Shown: positions 29,761 to 40,448 of the stretch, one piece after another
Layout: each line of letters begins with the position of its first letter
How positions within the stretch are numbered: the first letter of the stretch is position 1
DNA from: Candidatus Methanospirareceae archaeon
GTDB taxonomy: Archaea > Halobacteriota > Syntropharchaeia > Alkanophagales > Methanospirareceae
Assembly (NCBI GenBank): GCA_049975405.1
Contig: JBNGDK010000003.1
Span: 17,133 to 68,566 of the forward strand
Length of the DNA stretch: 51,434 bases
Direction: 5' to 3'
Position numbers and translations under genes: made by a program
The notes under the pieces: model-generated
What the model saw: the letters and a program-made list of their open reading frames with translations, nothing else
Told to the model about the DNA's origin: nothing
Databases searched by the model: none

Positions 29761-31017
29761 TCATTTCAGCGTCTTCAGCACTTCCTTTGCACGATCAACC
29801 CGCACCTGCTTTTCCTGCACCAGTATCTCCACAACTCTGTCTATCTGGTCGCCTTGTGCACCAGCGGCGATTGCAATGTTCCGTGCGTGTAATGACATGT
29901 GCCCGCGCTGAATGCCTTCAGTCGCCAGTGCGCGGAGCGCGGCGAAGTTCTGCGCGAGGCCGACCGCGGCGATGACCTCAGCCAGCTCGTTCGCCGTTTG
30001 GACACCGAGGATCTTCACGTTCACCTTTGCGGTGGGGTGCGTCGCCGTCGCACCGCCGACGAGTCCAAGGGCAAGTGGGAGCTCGATCGTGCCCACCAGA
30101 TCGCCGTCCTGGTTCCGTTCCCAGCGTGTCAACGGCTGGTAGTGTCCGGTAATGCTCGCGTAGGCATGTGCGCCCGCTTCAATCGCCCGGAAATCATTGC
30201 CCGTCGCGATGACCACCGCGTCGATCCCGTTCATGATGCCCTTGTTGTGCGTGGCGCACCGGTACGAGTCGGCCAGTGCGAATTCGTATGCGCGCAAAAT
30301 ACCGGTAACGACATCCGTACCGCCGATTATGTCCTTCTGAAAAACAGCTTGTGCTGTGGCCAGGCGGTGCGTTGCGAGGTTCGAGATGATGCGCAGATAA
30401 ACTCTGCCACCGGTAAGCTGCTCGATGTATGGTGCAACCGCCTCAGCCATCGTGTTCACCGCGTTCGCGCCCATGGCGTCCTTCACGTTCACGAGGAGAT
30501 GCAGGATCACCTGCGTTCCGGACGCCGTGCTGATGATCCGCACGGTGATATCTTTCGCGCCGCCACCGAGCTGCATGAGTACAGAATCCTGCTTATTCGC
30601 GCGCTCTAAAATCTCCTGCTTCGCTGCGATAAGCGCGGATTTCGCGGAGTTCGGATCAGGAACGTCAGTAATTTGAATCTGCCCGATCATGATGGGCTCG
30701 GTTGAGCTTGTATGGAATCCACCACTCGCCCGCGCCATCTTCGCCGCATTGCTCGCCGCGGCCACCACCGAGGGCTCCTCGATCGCCATGGGGATCAGAT
30801 AATCCTGACCGTTAATGCGGAAATTCGTGGCGATACCGAGCGGCAGCGGCATGGTACCCACGACGTTCTCAATCATACGATCCGCTAACTCGCCCAGCGC
30901 GCTACTGCTTCTCACAATGGCTACCTCATCGTCACTGAGACCGGCAAAATCCGCAACGAGCTTCAATCGCTCCTCCGCACGTAGTTTATAGAATCCCGAT
31001 AGCTCTGACGATTTCAT
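29761..31017 (-). CDS. hmgA: HMG-CoA reductase, class II (bacterial/degradative type)
   Basis: MIENVVG, EEPSVVAAAS, DAMGAN, ILSNL-like IISNL, HNKGIMNG, GNDFRAIEAG, GLAQNFAAL, GIQRGHM.LH. Confidence 0.93.
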   Translation of the reverse strand: MKSSELSGFYKLRAEERLKLVADFAGLSDDEVAIVRSSSALGELADRMIENVVGTMPLPLGIATNFRINGQDYLIPMAIEEPSVVAAASNAAKMARASGGFHTSSTEPIMIGQIQITDVPDPNSAKSALIAAKQEILERANKQDSVLMQLGGGAKDITVRIISTASGTQVILHLLVNVKDAMGANAVNTMAEAVAPYIEQLTGGRVYLRIISNLATHRLATAQAVFQKDIIGGTDVVTGILRAYEFALADSYRCATHNKGIMNGIDAVVIATGNDFRAIEAGAHAYASITGHYQPLTRWERNQDGDLVGTIELPLALGLVGGATATHPTAKVNVKILGVQTANELAEVIAAVGLAQNFAALRALATEGIQRGHMSLHARNIAIAAGAQGDQIDRVVEILVQEKQVRVDRAKEVLKTLK

Positions 31018-31098
31018 CCTGCACACCCACAATTCTTACTATTAATCTGGATATTAAAATGCCGTGACCATCCACCTTTATTCCAGCGGCTTGATGAA

Positions 31099-31902
31099 TC
31101 AGAGCAACCGGCGCTGCCGCGGATCAGCCAATGAGATCACGGCTGTTATGAACCACGCAACCTGCTGCTTCTGCCAGATAAATTCGCCACGGGCACGTTC
31201 TGCAGCTTCTAACACGAAATAAACCTTATCGCCCGTAACCTCAAGCTCCTCCCCACCGTCGGTCAGCTCAACGTCGTGGCCCACGCACACGTTCTGATCG
31301 CAGAAGAACTGGCAATGGCCATCATAGAGATAAAAGCAGCGGAATCGTGGCTTCGTCACTCCCAGCGTCTTCCCCCTCCACGCGCCGGTATGCAGGAATT
31401 CACCGCTTTCTGCTACCTTTTCCGCGATCCTGATGCGATCCTCCGGACCATCAACGGTCCGTAGATAGTCCGTGTCATCGGGCTCGAGCTCGACACTCTC
31501 CGGCCGTCTGTCCGCTTCCGGGAAATAGTCCGCGACACCTGCTTCAATGACGTCCCAGGTGCGCAATCCCACATCCAGCGGATAAATCCGCTTCAGCTCC
31601 CAGTATTCGTTCGCTGCGAGCGCATAGCCCACGGTTAGTGCTAGTATGGTCAGCCGCAGTTTCTCCGGAAGGAGCTTTCGGAACCTGCCCTCCTCGAACC
31701 AGTCCCGTAGTGCCCACACTGTTCGCTGATTGTGCTTGAACCGTACGAGACCGATATCGCCCTGTAATTTCTGGACATAGACATGATAGGGCGCTTTTTG
31801 TTTGAGCTTCGTCGAGCTCGCTCTTATCTCGTTCCAGGTGACCGGTCGTGACTGCTCCGTGAGTATCCGCTCGACCTCACGTTTGAACTTCTCGTAGGTC
31901 AT
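31099..31902 (-). CDS. Hypothetical protein: winged-helix-like N-terminus plus uncharacterised domain (RIYP...D.RPES...C-x4-C-x2-H)
   Basis: Long ORF in operon orientation; likely start MTYEKFK at 31902; domain calls are pattern-based only. Confidence 0.7.
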   Translation of the reverse strand: MTYEKFKREVERILTEQSRPVTWNEIRASSTKLKQKAPYHVYVQKLQGDIGLVRFKHNQRTVWALRDWFEEGRFRKLLPEKLRLTILALTVGYALAANEYWELKRIYPLDVGLRTWDVIEAGVADYFPEADRRPESVELEPDDTDYLRTVDGPEDRIRIAEKVAESGEFLHTGAWRGKTLGVTKPRFRCFYLYDGHCQFFCDQNVCVGHDVELTDGGEELEVTGDKVYFVLEAAERARGEFIWQKQQVAWFITAVISLADPRQRRLL

Positions 31903-31956
31903 GTTATAGACAAATAAGAATTTTATGCGCACACGGTTTTAAAGATTGCCCTTTAT

Positions 31957-33060
31957 TCATCCACGCCGTACTTCCTTTCGCTGCGCCATTCGATAGCCAC
32001 AGATAACGCTCATATGGCCGCTCAATTGCTCGTCCAGCTTCTCACTGCCCGTATCCACGAGCAGGAACGGCGTTTCGTTCAGTTTGTGTGGTGTCGCCAG
32101 TACGATAACGTTCGCAACCCCGATCTTATCCAGCACGGTGGCACTGAGCTGCTGGTTGCCGCGGCCAAAGACAAAGCCCTGCGCGCCGATCGGGCTGACC
32201 AGCAGCTTCGCCTTCGGTTCACGATCCAGCACTTGTAGCAGCGCCTGCTCGTTCAGATCCTTTCCTACCAATTTGCCGTCTTTTACCGCATCCACGCCGA
32301 GTAGCGTCTTCTCATCGCCAAGGCCGAGCAATTCCGCGATCTTAAAGGTGGTCGTTCCTGCACCCAGGATATACAATGAGCCGTCACGCATGAACTCGAG
32401 CGCAAACTGCGCAATCTCTTCCTTCGCTGTTTCCTCGCTCACGCTCTGGAAGAGGCTCTTACCGTGCTGCACGAGCACTGGCTCGTACGGTGTGCGCGCA
32501 TAGCCGAAGACCTTCATGCGTAACTCGTTGCGACGGTACGCGGCTTCATCAGTATCCATCACCTCGACCTCACGTACCTCAGCCTTGCCCGAGACGAACA
32601 GCTCGACCATCTGCGCCGCACCCCGGGGAGTGATCGCAAAGACGGCCGAGTGCATCTTGACACCCGCAGGAATACCCAGCATTGGGATCTCTTGGCCCAC
32701 CACGCGGTACACGTCTCGTGCCGTGCCATCGCCGCCGCAGAACAAGATGAGCTCCACCCGTTCGTCCATGAATCGGTGACAGGCGTTTTGCGTGTCCTCG
32801 CTCGTGGTGGTGAGCCCGTCGACCGAATATACAACCTCATACTGCAGCGGCGTTGATCTGAGCGCATCTTCACCCATCGCGCCGGAGCAGGTGAGTAGTG
32901 TCGCACTGATCTTCAACGCCTCCAGGCATTTCCGCGCACGTTCCGCTGCAACGGGCTGCGCACCCAACGTTCGTGCCGCTTCTACCAGGCCGTCCGTGCC
33001 TTTCAGACCCACCGAGCCGCCCATGCCCGCTATCGGATTGATCAGGAAACCGAGTTTCAT
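31957..33060 (-). CDS. ATP-NAD kinase-like protein (COG3199 type)
   Basis: GFLINPIAGMGGSVGLKGTDG, GGDGTARD, GIPAGVKMHSAVF, TLLGVD, GRGNQQ. Confidence 0.88.
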   Translation of the reverse strand: MKLGFLINPIAGMGGSVGLKGTDGLVEAARTLGAQPVAAERARKCLEALKISATLLTCSGAMGEDALRSTPLQYEVVYSVDGLTTTSEDTQNACHRFMDERVELILFCGGDGTARDVYRVVGQEIPMLGIPAGVKMHSAVFAITPRGAAQMVELFVSGKAEVREVEVMDTDEAAYRRNELRMKVFGYARTPYEPVLVQHGKSLFQSVSEETAKEEIAQFALEFMRDGSLYILGAGTTTFKIAELLGLGDEKTLLGVDAVKDGKLVGKDLNEQALLQVLDREPKAKLLVSPIGAQGFVFGRGNQQLSATVLDKIGVANVIVLATPHKLNETPFLLVDTGSEKLDEQLSGHMSVICGYRMAQRKEVRRG

Positions 33061-33119
33061 GTTCTATCTTTTACCGTTAAATGGTCGCGTATTTTACGTT
33101 GATTCCTTTAGGTAACCCT

Positions 33120-34073
33120 TTAGTCTTCCTCTAACAAGCGATTGATATTGAAGAAGGCGTCTATCTCCGCGTCGAGTATATCTCGCTTGCCGTTGTCACT
33201 CAACGGTTTCACCTGTGTTTTATAGTCTTCCAAATACGTTATGAAAATGGCTACCTCCTCCTTGTGAGCCTTTTCTAAAATTGAGAGGAGCACATAAGGA
33301 TTGTGCGTCGAAATGAAATACTGGTTATCTGACTTAACGAGCGCTATCCGCTCAGCCAGGTATTGTGTATAATAGGGGAATGCATGAGTTTCTGGCTCCT
33401 CAAATACGAGTACCGAGTTCTCATTCGTCCCCATGGCAACAAGGTAGAAAATAATGCGCTGGAGTGTATCAGAAGTTAAGGAATACGGATGATGGATAAG
33501 GAGGTCTTCAATTTCTTTCTGGAGCTTTATCTTGCTCTCGGACGGATCAAGGACAACTTTCAAGCCATATACATCAAAGATCTGCTTTACCAGTTTTCGT
33601 AGATCCTTGCGGGTTAAGATCATTGTTAATAAGTTATCACCAGAAGGAGGAGCGAGGAATTCAGCCTCACGGTTTGGGAAATCTCTTCTTACGTCAAATT
33701 TGTAAAATTTAAATTGTTTGAAATCAGGAGCACGCGTAACACTTCCTCTAGCAGAATAATTGTAAGTAAAGCTTCTAGCGCCGTTTAGAAATCCCTCAAA
33801 GTTTCCATCGCGAAATTGTATTCGAAATGCATTGTGATCGAACTTTATAATAATCGCTTCTTCCACAAGGTGATCATAAAATAGATTGCTCATGCTCTCA
33901 AATCGGACAAAATTTTCAAGATCACCATAATAAATGTGCGAAAGCAATCCCAGCGCCTCCAAAATATTCGACTTCCCGGTATTCGGCTCACCAATGAAGA
34001 GATTTATCCGCTTACAGTCAAGGCTCAGGTGCTGTATCGATTTGAAATTCGTGATCTCCAGATTCTTTATCAT
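33120..34073 (-). CDS. Standalone ABC-type ATPase (AAA_15/AAA_21-like)
   Basis: LEITNFKSI, Walker A GEPNTGKSNILEA, Walker B VFEEPETH, H-loop STHNPY; AT-rich. Confidence 0.85.
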   Translation of the reverse strand: MIKNLEITNFKSIQHLSLDCKRINLFIGEPNTGKSNILEALGLLSHIYYGDLENFVRFESMSNLFYDHLVEEAIIIKFDHNAFRIQFRDGNFEGFLNGARSFTYNYSARGSVTRAPDFKQFKFYKFDVRRDFPNREAEFLAPPSGDNLLTMILTRKDLRKLVKQIFDVYGLKVVLDPSESKIKLQKEIEDLLIHHPYSLTSDTLQRIIFYLVAMGTNENSVLVFEEPETHAFPYYTQYLAERIALVKSDNQYFISTHNPYVLLSILEKAHKEEVAIFITYLEDYKTQVKPLSDNGKRDILDAEIDAFFNINRLLEED

Positions 34074-34144
34074 GAAGACACCACCTTTGAGTAATCACTA
34101 GGGCCGCTCTCGTTATTAAGCTTTCTCCTTCGCGTAATTAGAAA

Positions 34145-34951
34145 TCAGCGTTTCTTCGTCGCCGCCTTCAGTGTCGCACAATACTCGTCAAGCGCGGCGA
34201 GCATCTGTTCAGTGCTATCTTTATGGCTCGCAATGATACTGACAATCGCACTACCGACGATTACTCCCCTCGCACCACTCGCCAGCAGTTCTCGCACGTG
34301 CTCGGGTTGCGAGATGCCAAAGCCAACTGCTGCAGGCAGCTCCGGCCGTTTCTTGACGACACGCTGTATCAGTGCTCTGGCACCGTCCGATATCGATGCT
34401 CGCGCGCCCGTCACACCGAGCAGCGAGACGAGGTACACAAAACCCGAACTGTACCGGCATATCTCCGCAATCCGGTCTTCAGGCGTCGTAGGCGCGATCA
34501 GGAAGATCGTATCAAGCTCGTACTCGTGTGCAAACCGCAGCACCTCCTCTGCCTCTTCTATCGGGAGATCGGGAATAATAACCCCGTCACCGCCAGCCTT
34601 GGCCAGGTGCTGCATGAACCGCTCGACACCAAACCGCAGGATCGGATTGTAATACCCCATCACCACGATCGGAGCATCCGTCTCTTTTCTTATCGCCGCG
34701 ATGTGCTGGAATATACTCGCGGGCGTCATGCCTGCCGCCAGCGCTCGCCCTGCCGCGGCCTGTATCGTGGGCCCGTCGGCGATCGGATCAGAGAACGGTA
34801 CCCCCAGCTCGATAACGTCTGCGTGCCGTGCAATCGCTGTAGCAATTGCAACTGTTGCCGAGGGATCAGGGTCTCCTGCCATCAGATAGGCGATTAAGGC
34901 ACCTTCGCCCTTACGCTCAAGATCCCCAAAGACCTTACTAATTCTGCTCAT
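34145..34951 (-). CDS. trpA: Tryptophan synthase alpha
   Basis: [39 protein letters not shown]. Confidence 0.96.
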   Translation of the reverse strand: MSRISKVFGDLERKGEGALIAYLMAGDPDPSATVAIATAIARHADVIELGVPFSDPIADGPTIQAAAGRALAAGMTPASIFQHIAAIRKETDAPIVVMGYYNPILRFGVERFMQHLAKAGGDGVIIPDLPIEEAEEVLRFAHEYELDTIFLIAPTTPEDRIAEICRYSSGFVYLVSLLGVTGARASISDGARALIQRVVKKRPELPAAVGFGISQPEHVRELLASGARGVIVGSAIVSIIASHKDSTEQMLAALDEYCATLKAATKKR

Positions 34952-36138
34952 TGAAGTGCCCTCTCTATGAGCTCAACATCTTTATCGCCCCTGCCCGAGA
35001 GGCAGGCTACAACAACATCATCGGTACCAGCGATCCCGGCATCGACCAGGCGCTTTACGTATGCCAGCGCGTGCGCCGATTCGAGCGCGGGCAATATCCC
35101 TTCGTAATTGCAGAGGAGCTGGAATGCCTGCAGCGCCTCCCTATCCGTCACTATATCGTAGGTCACGCGGCCACAATCCTTCAAGAAGGCGTGCTCAGGG
35201 CCAACACCCGAATAATCGAGCCCGGGCGCAATACTGTGGGTCGGGAGTATCTGACCGTGTTCATCCTGTAAGAGATAGCTGTAGGTGCCGTGCAGGACAC
35301 CTTTACTGCCCGCACAGAGCGTTGCCGAATGGCGGTTGGATGCGATACCCTCACCCCCTGCCTCGACGCCGTAGATCGCCACGGCCTTGTCATCAAGGAA
35401 ATCGTAGAAGAGCCCAATGCTGTTGCTGCCACCACCGACGCATGCTACGATCGCATCCGGCAGTCTCCCCTCTACGTCCTGTACCTGCGCTCTCGTCTCC
35501 TGCCCGACCACGCGCTGGAATTCCCGCACGATCATGGGGTATGGATGCGGCCCCACCACAGAGCCGAGGAGATAGTGCGTATCCTCAACGTTCGCCACCC
35601 AGTCACGAAGCGCTTCATTGATCGCATCCTTCAGGGTGCGCGAGCCGCTTTCCACCGGATGGACCTCTGCACCCAGCAATTTCATGCGGAACACGTTCAA
35701 CCGCTGCCGTTCGATGTCCTCTTCGCCCATATAGATCTCTGTCTTCAGGCCGAAGACCGCACCTACTATTGCCGTCGCCAACCCGTGCTGACCTGCTCCG
35801 GTCTCAGCAATGAGCCTGCTCTTCCCCATTCGCCGTGCCAGTAATGCCTGCCCGAGCGCATTGTTCAACTTGTGCGCGCCGCCATGCACGAGATCTTCTC
35901 GCTTCAGATACAGTCGGGTACCCAGCAGCTTGGAAAGCCTTGAGCAGCAGTACAGCGGGGTGGGCCGGCCCGCAAACGTCCGCAAATAATGGTCCAATTC
36001 CGCTTTGAACCGCTCATCCCTGCTGGCATCGCGAAACGCATCCTCAAGCTCGCGTAAAGCGTGCATCAAGACCTCAGGCACAAACTGGCCGCCGTACTCG
36101 CCAAATTTACCCGCTTTGGGATAAACACCTACATACAT
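34948..36138 (-). CDS. trpB: Tryptophan synthase beta (TrpB1)
   Basis: [55 protein letters not shown]. Confidence 0.96.
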   Translation of the reverse strand: MYVGVYPKAGKFGEYGGQFVPEVLMHALRELEDAFRDASRDERFKAELDHYLRTFAGRPTPLYCCSRLSKLLGTRLYLKREDLVHGGAHKLNNALGQALLARRMGKSRLIAETGAGQHGLATAIVGAVFGLKTEIYMGEEDIERQRLNVFRMKLLGAEVHPVESGSRTLKDAINEALRDWVANVEDTHYLLGSVVGPHPYPMIVREFQRVVGQETRAQVQDVEGRLPDAIVACVGGGSNSIGLFYDFLDDKAVAIYGVEAGGEGIASNRHSATLCAGSKGVLHGTYSYLLQDEHGQILPTHSIAPGLDYSGVGPEHAFLKDCGRVTYDIVTDREALQAFQLLCNYEGILPALESAHALAYVKRLVDAGIAGTDDVVVACLSGRGDKDVELIERALQ

Positions 36139-36776
36139 TGCGCATTCCTCATAAATCGTTCAACCTTATCCTTACTCTTCCTGCCCGGCACCGATTCCAC
36201 GCCGCTTGCTACATCTACACCATACGGTTTCACCGCTCGTATCGCATCGCAGACATTTGAGGGGTTCAAACCGCCGGAGAGCAGCACGGGCACGGCGCTC
36301 TGTTCAACCAGCCTTGCGCTGGTCGCCCAGTTGTGTGTCTTGCCCGTCCCGCCAAGCTGTTTCGAGACGGTATCAAGCAGCAAGAAATCGAGATAATCCA
36401 GTTCCGGCAGCCCGCCATGAATCGCCCCCGTCTCATCAACGTGAACGGTTTTGATCACCTTAACGCCCGGTATCGCATTCCGGAGTGAACGTAAAAAATC
36501 GTTCGACTCGAAGCCGTGCAGTTGGACGGCAAAGGGCTCGAGCTGGCGCACGATGCGCTCTACCTCCTGCACGGCGCGAGGTAGCAAAACCGCAACGAGA
36601 TCAATACCACCCTGTAACGAGTGTGCGATCTCAATTGCCGTGACCAGCGGTATCTTCCGCGGACTTGCAACGGGCACGTCCACGATCATGCCGAGCATAT
36701 CCGCGCCGCTTTCCAGCACGAGACGCGCATCCTCGATATTCGTCACTCCACAGATCTTAACGGTCACAGCATGCAT
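36129..36776 (-). CDS. trpF: Phosphoribosylanthranilate isomerase
   Basis: VKICGVT, VQLHG, LLLD...[22 protein letters not shown]. Confidence 0.94.
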   Translation of the reverse strand: MHAVTVKICGVTNIEDARLVLESGADMLGMIVDVPVASPRKIPLVTAIEIAHSLQGGIDLVAVLLPRAVQEVERIVRQLEPFAVQLHGFESNDFLRSLRNAIPGVKVIKTVHVDETGAIHGGLPELDYLDFLLLDTVSKQLGGTGKTHNWATSARLVEQSAVPVLLSGGLNPSNVCDAIRAVKPYGVDVASGVESVPGRKSKDKVERFMRNAQCM

Positions 36777-37507
36777 ACCTGTATGAACTCCTTTGGATTC
36801 GGCGCTTTCATCAGAGCGGTTCCAATGAGGAGCGCATCCGCACCGCAGTCAAATAAATAGCTCGCATCGGTCGGAGTTTTCACACCCGACTCGCTGATCA
36901 GGAGCTTATTCTCGGGTACCGATTCTGCGAGTCGTGCGGTGGTCTCGAGATCCACCGTTAACGTGCTCAGATCACGATTGTTAATCCCCACAAGCTCGGC
37001 ACCTGCTGCTACTGCCCGGTCTATATCTTCCGCGGTGTGACATTCGACGATCGCTTCCATGCCCAGATCGTCCACCAGGTTCATGAGCCGCTCAAGGGGC
37101 GAGATGCCCGCGATGAGTAAAACCGCGTCAGCGCCATGGCTGAAGCCCTCAGAAAGTTGGAAATCGTCGATGATAAAATCCTTGTAGAGCACCGGAACGG
37201 TTACCGCTCGCTTCGCACCCGAGACCGTCTCTACCGCTCCGCCAAAGGCGGGAGCAACGAGCACCGAGAGCGCTGCTGCACCACCAGCCGCATAGTCCCG
37301 GGCGATCGTGAGCGCGTCCCGCGCCCCTATAAGATCACCGGCACTCGGTGACCGTGGCTTGATCTCCGCAATGATCGCCTTATTCACGTGCCTGATCGCT
37401 GCTGATAAGCTGCGGATCGTGCTCTCCCGTTCTGGAAGAGGATCGTGCTTCCGGCGTTCCAAGGATCGCCTCGTGCTCCTGACGAGCTCGTCAATGAGTC
37501 CAGTCAT
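36764..37507 (-). CDS. trpC: Indole-3-glycerol phosphate synthase
   Basis: IIAEIKPRSPS, KDFIID, GADAVLLI, GINNRDL, SESG, LIGTALM. Confidence 0.94.
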   Translation of the reverse strand: MTGLIDELVRSTRRSLERRKHDPLPERESTIRSLSAAIRHVNKAIIAEIKPRSPSAGDLIGARDALTIARDYAAGGAAALSVLVAPAFGGAVETVSGAKRAVTVPVLYKDFIIDDFQLSEGFSHGADAVLLIAGISPLERLMNLVDDLGMEAIVECHTAEDIDRAVAAGAELVGINNRDLSTLTVDLETTARLAESVPENKLLISESGVKTPTDASYLFDCGADALLIGTALMKAPNPKEFIQVCML

Positions 37508-38528
37508 TATCCAACGACCCACCTGTAAATCTTACTAACTCGGTCAGCTTCCGGTACGCCTCACCCGAGTCAATGGAGAGCGCTGCGAGCTCCAAACCGT
37601 CCTTCAAATCGGTGACCAGCCCGCCCACGAGGAGCGCAGCTGCAGCATTGAGCACGACCGCGTCCCGCTTCGCGCCCTTCTGACCTTTCAAGATCGCCAG
37701 TACGATACGCGCATTCTCGTCCGCGCCGCCGCCCTCGAGCTCCCGTGCTGAAACCCTTCTGAGCCCGAAATCCTCCGGCACGATGCTGTACGTGCTGATC
37801 TGTCCTCCGCGCAGCTCTGCCAGTCTCGTCTCGCCCAGTAAAGAGAGCTCATCCAGGCCAGCAACGCCATGAGCAACGAGTGCATGCTGCACGCCCAGTC
37901 CGCCAAGAACGCGCGCACATTTTTCTACCAGTCTGGCGTCATATACGCCCATCACCTGCGCCTGCACCTGCGCCGGATTGGCCAGCGGCCCCAGCATGTT
38001 AAATACCGTTCGCACCCCTATCTCACGTCTCGGCTCCAGTGCGTATTTCATTGCTGGATGAAACACCGGAGCGAACATAAAGCCGATCCCGAGCGTTTCA
38101 ATGCATGCACAGACCTGCTCGGGCTCCAGCATGAGGGGGAGGCCAAGCGCTTCAAGCACATCCGCCGAACCCGCCTTTGATGAGACTGCGCGATTTCCAT
38201 GTTTGGCAACCACCAGGCCGGCACCCGCCGCGACAAAGGCTGCAATGGTGCTGATATTAAAGGTCTTGAGCCGATCACCGCCGGTTCCACAGGTGTCAAC
38301 CAGTATGCCGTTCACCCGTGGATGGATGCGTGCCGCATGTTGTCGCATTATTTGAACGAAGGATACAATCTCCTCGACGGTCTCACCTTTCATCCGCAAA
38401 GCAGTTAACAGCGAACCGATTTGGATTCCCGTCGCCTCACCATTCATGATCTCTTCCATGACCCGCCCGGCCTCTTCAGCGGTGAGATCGTGACCATCCA
38501 CCACTTTTGCGATCGCTTCTTTTATCAT
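37491..38528 (-). CDS. trpD: Anthranilate phosphoribosyltransferase
   Basis: DTCGTGGD, FNIST, KHGNRAVSS..GSADVLE, RTVFN.LGPL.NP, GLDE. Confidence 0.95.
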   Translation of the reverse strand: MIKEAIAKVVDGHDLTAEEAGRVMEEIMNGEATGIQIGSLLTALRMKGETVEEIVSFVQIMRQHAARIHPRVNGILVDTCGTGGDRLKTFNISTIAAFVAAGAGLVVAKHGNRAVSSKAGSADVLEALGLPLMLEPEQVCACIETLGIGFMFAPVFHPAMKYALEPRREIGVRTVFNMLGPLANPAQVQAQVMGVYDARLVEKCARVLGGLGVQHALVAHGVAGLDELSLLGETRLAELRGGQISTYSIVPEDFGLRRVSARELEGGGADENARIVLAILKGQKGAKRDAVVLNAAAALLVGGLVTDLKDGLELAALSIDSGEAYRKLTELVRFTGGSLDNDWTH

Positions 38529-38529
38529 T

Positions 38530-39093
38530 TCACGTCCGCAGAAAATTCTCCACAAGCTGTCTTCCCGCTTCGGTCAGGATAGACTCAGGGTGGAATTGGA
38601 CACCTTCTATCGGATACGTTCGATGCCGTATTCCCATGATCTCACCGTCTGCGGCTCGCGCGGAGATCTCCAGGCATGTCGGCAACGCGTCCTCAGAAAC
38701 GACGAGGGAGTGGTAGCGGGTTGCATGGATCGGATTCCTGAGCCCTGTGTAGATCCCCTGTGCGTCGTGGTAGATGAGCGAGACCTTACCGTGCATGATG
38801 CTGCGTGCATACCCTATATGAGCCCCGAAGACCGCGCCGATCACCTGATGCCCGAGGCAAACGCCGAGGAGCGGTGTGGTGGCCCCGAAGGCACGCACCA
38901 CGGCGGCAGATACGCCCGCTTCTTCAGGTCTCCCGGGACCCGGAGAGATAATGATATGATCCGCACCAATTTTTTGTAACTCGCTGAGTTCTGCATCGTT
39001 CCGCCGCACAATCACCTCCGCGCCACGCTCTCCTGCGTACTGCACGAGATTGTACACGAAGGAATCGTAGTTATCAATTACCAGCACGCGCAT
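38530..39093 (-). CDS. trpG: Anthranilate synthase component II
   Basis: IDNYDSF, SPGPG, GVCLGHQ, RYHSL, GVQFHPES. Confidence 0.95.
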   Translation of the reverse strand: MRVLVIDNYDSFVYNLVQYAGERGAEVIVRRNDAELSELQKIGADHIIISPGPGRPEEAGVSAAVVRAFGATTPLLGVCLGHQVIGAVFGAHIGYARSIMHGKVSLIYHDAQGIYTGLRNPIHATRYHSLVVSEDALPTCLEISARAADGEIMGIRHRTYPIEGVQFHPESILTEAGRQLVENFLRT

Positions 39094-40444
39094 TTTTACC
39101 TTCCGCCGTGGTGATCAAAGCCCCCAGCTTGTTCTCAGTCTCTGCAAACTCGCGCTCAGGTACCGAATCGGCGACGATTCCCGCACCTGCCTGGAAATAC
39201 GCTTTGTCGCCTGCAGTAAACATCGTTCTAATGCTGATTGCGAAATCGAGGTTCCCGGAGAAGTCGAAATAGCCTACAGCACCCGCGTAGATCCCTCTTC
39301 TGCTCTTTTCGAGCTCTTCAATGATCTCCATCGCCCGTATCTTGGGCGCTCCCGTCACGGTGCCAGCGGGGAACGAGCTGCGAAAGACATCGAATGCGTC
39401 CCTGCCGGTATCCAGCTCGGCCGTGATATTCGAGACAATGTGCTGGACGTGTGAGTACTTCTCGATCTCCATGAGTTCCGTCACTTCGACGCTGCCCGAT
39501 CGCGCTACCCTGCCAAGATCGTTCCTACCCAGATCTACCAGCATGACGTGCTCGGCTCGCTCCTTCTCGTCGAGGAGCATATCAACTTTCAGGAGTTCAT
39601 CCTCCTCCCTCGTTATACCACGTCGTCTCGTGCCCGCGAGGGGCCGCAGGGTCACGATGTTATCCCGTAACCGCACGAGCATCTCGGGCGATGAGCCCAC
39701 AACGACGTTGTCAAAGTCCAGGTAGAACATATAAGGAGACGGGTTAGTAGCCCGGAGATTTCGGTAAAAGGACAGGGGATCGCCGGTATATTCAGCCGCC
39801 ACACGGCGGGAAAGAACCGCCTGGAAGATATCACCCTCCTTTATGTACTCTTTCGCTTTCACCACGCCCGATTCGAATTCCGCACGTCCCATCTCCGAAT
39901 ACAGTGAAGCGACCGAAAAGTCCTCGATTGCACGGTCCGCTTTGCTCTGCAGGAGTACCTCCAGATCGATCTTTTCCTTTTTGTATGAGACAAGAATCAC
40001 GTCCTGGTTGAGATGATCGAAGCAGAGCAGATGTGTGGGAATGATGAAGTGAGCATCAGGACACCCCAGGGAGTCCGGAGCGAAGGTAGGCAGCTGCTCA
40101 AAGAACCGTACGATGTCGTACGAGAAGAAGCCAACCAATCCGCCCGAGAAGGGCAAGGTACCCACCCGCCCGCAGTCAAAGGAATTCAGGATGTGCGCCA
40201 TCTCCGCATACGGATTCTCAACGGTATATCGGTCGCCGTTCAGCTCCACGTGCTGTCCCCGGGCCTTGAATTCCAGAAGCGGGTCGAAGCCAATGAACGA
40301 ATATCGTGCGATCTTCTCTCTGCCCTCGACCGATTCGAGCAGAAAGCTCTTGTCAAAAACGTCCCTGAGCTGTGAAAAAAGTTCGAGAGGGGTGAATGGT
40401 ATATCCACCCTCCGTACACTGTTGGTTAATATTCGCTTCTCCAT
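39074..40444 (-). CDS. trpE: Anthranilate synthase component I
   Basis: LLES, NPSPYM, SSPE, PLAGT, KERAEH.MLVDLGRND, FPAGTVTGAPK, QAGAGIVADS. Confidence 0.95.
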   Translation of the reverse strand: MEKRILTNSVRRVDIPFTPLELFSQLRDVFDKSFLLESVEGREKIARYSFIGFDPLLEFKARGQHVELNGDRYTVENPYAEMAHILNSFDCGRVGTLPFSGGLVGFFSYDIVRFFEQLPTFAPDSLGCPDAHFIIPTHLLCFDHLNQDVILVSYKKEKIDLEVLLQSKADRAIEDFSVASLYSEMGRAEFESGVVKAKEYIKEGDIFQAVLSRRVAAEYTGDPLSFYRNLRATNPSPYMFYLDFDNVVVGSSPEMLVRLRDNIVTLRPLAGTRRRGITREEDELLKVDMLLDEKERAEHVMLVDLGRNDLGRVARSGSVEVTELMEIEKYSHVQHIVSNITAELDTGRDAFDVFRSSFPAGTVTGAPKIRAMEIIEELEKSRRGIYAGAVGYFDFSGNLDFAISIRTMFTAGDKAYFQAGAGIVADSVPEREFAETENKLGALITTAEGKNARAGN

Positions 40445-40448
40445 CCAC

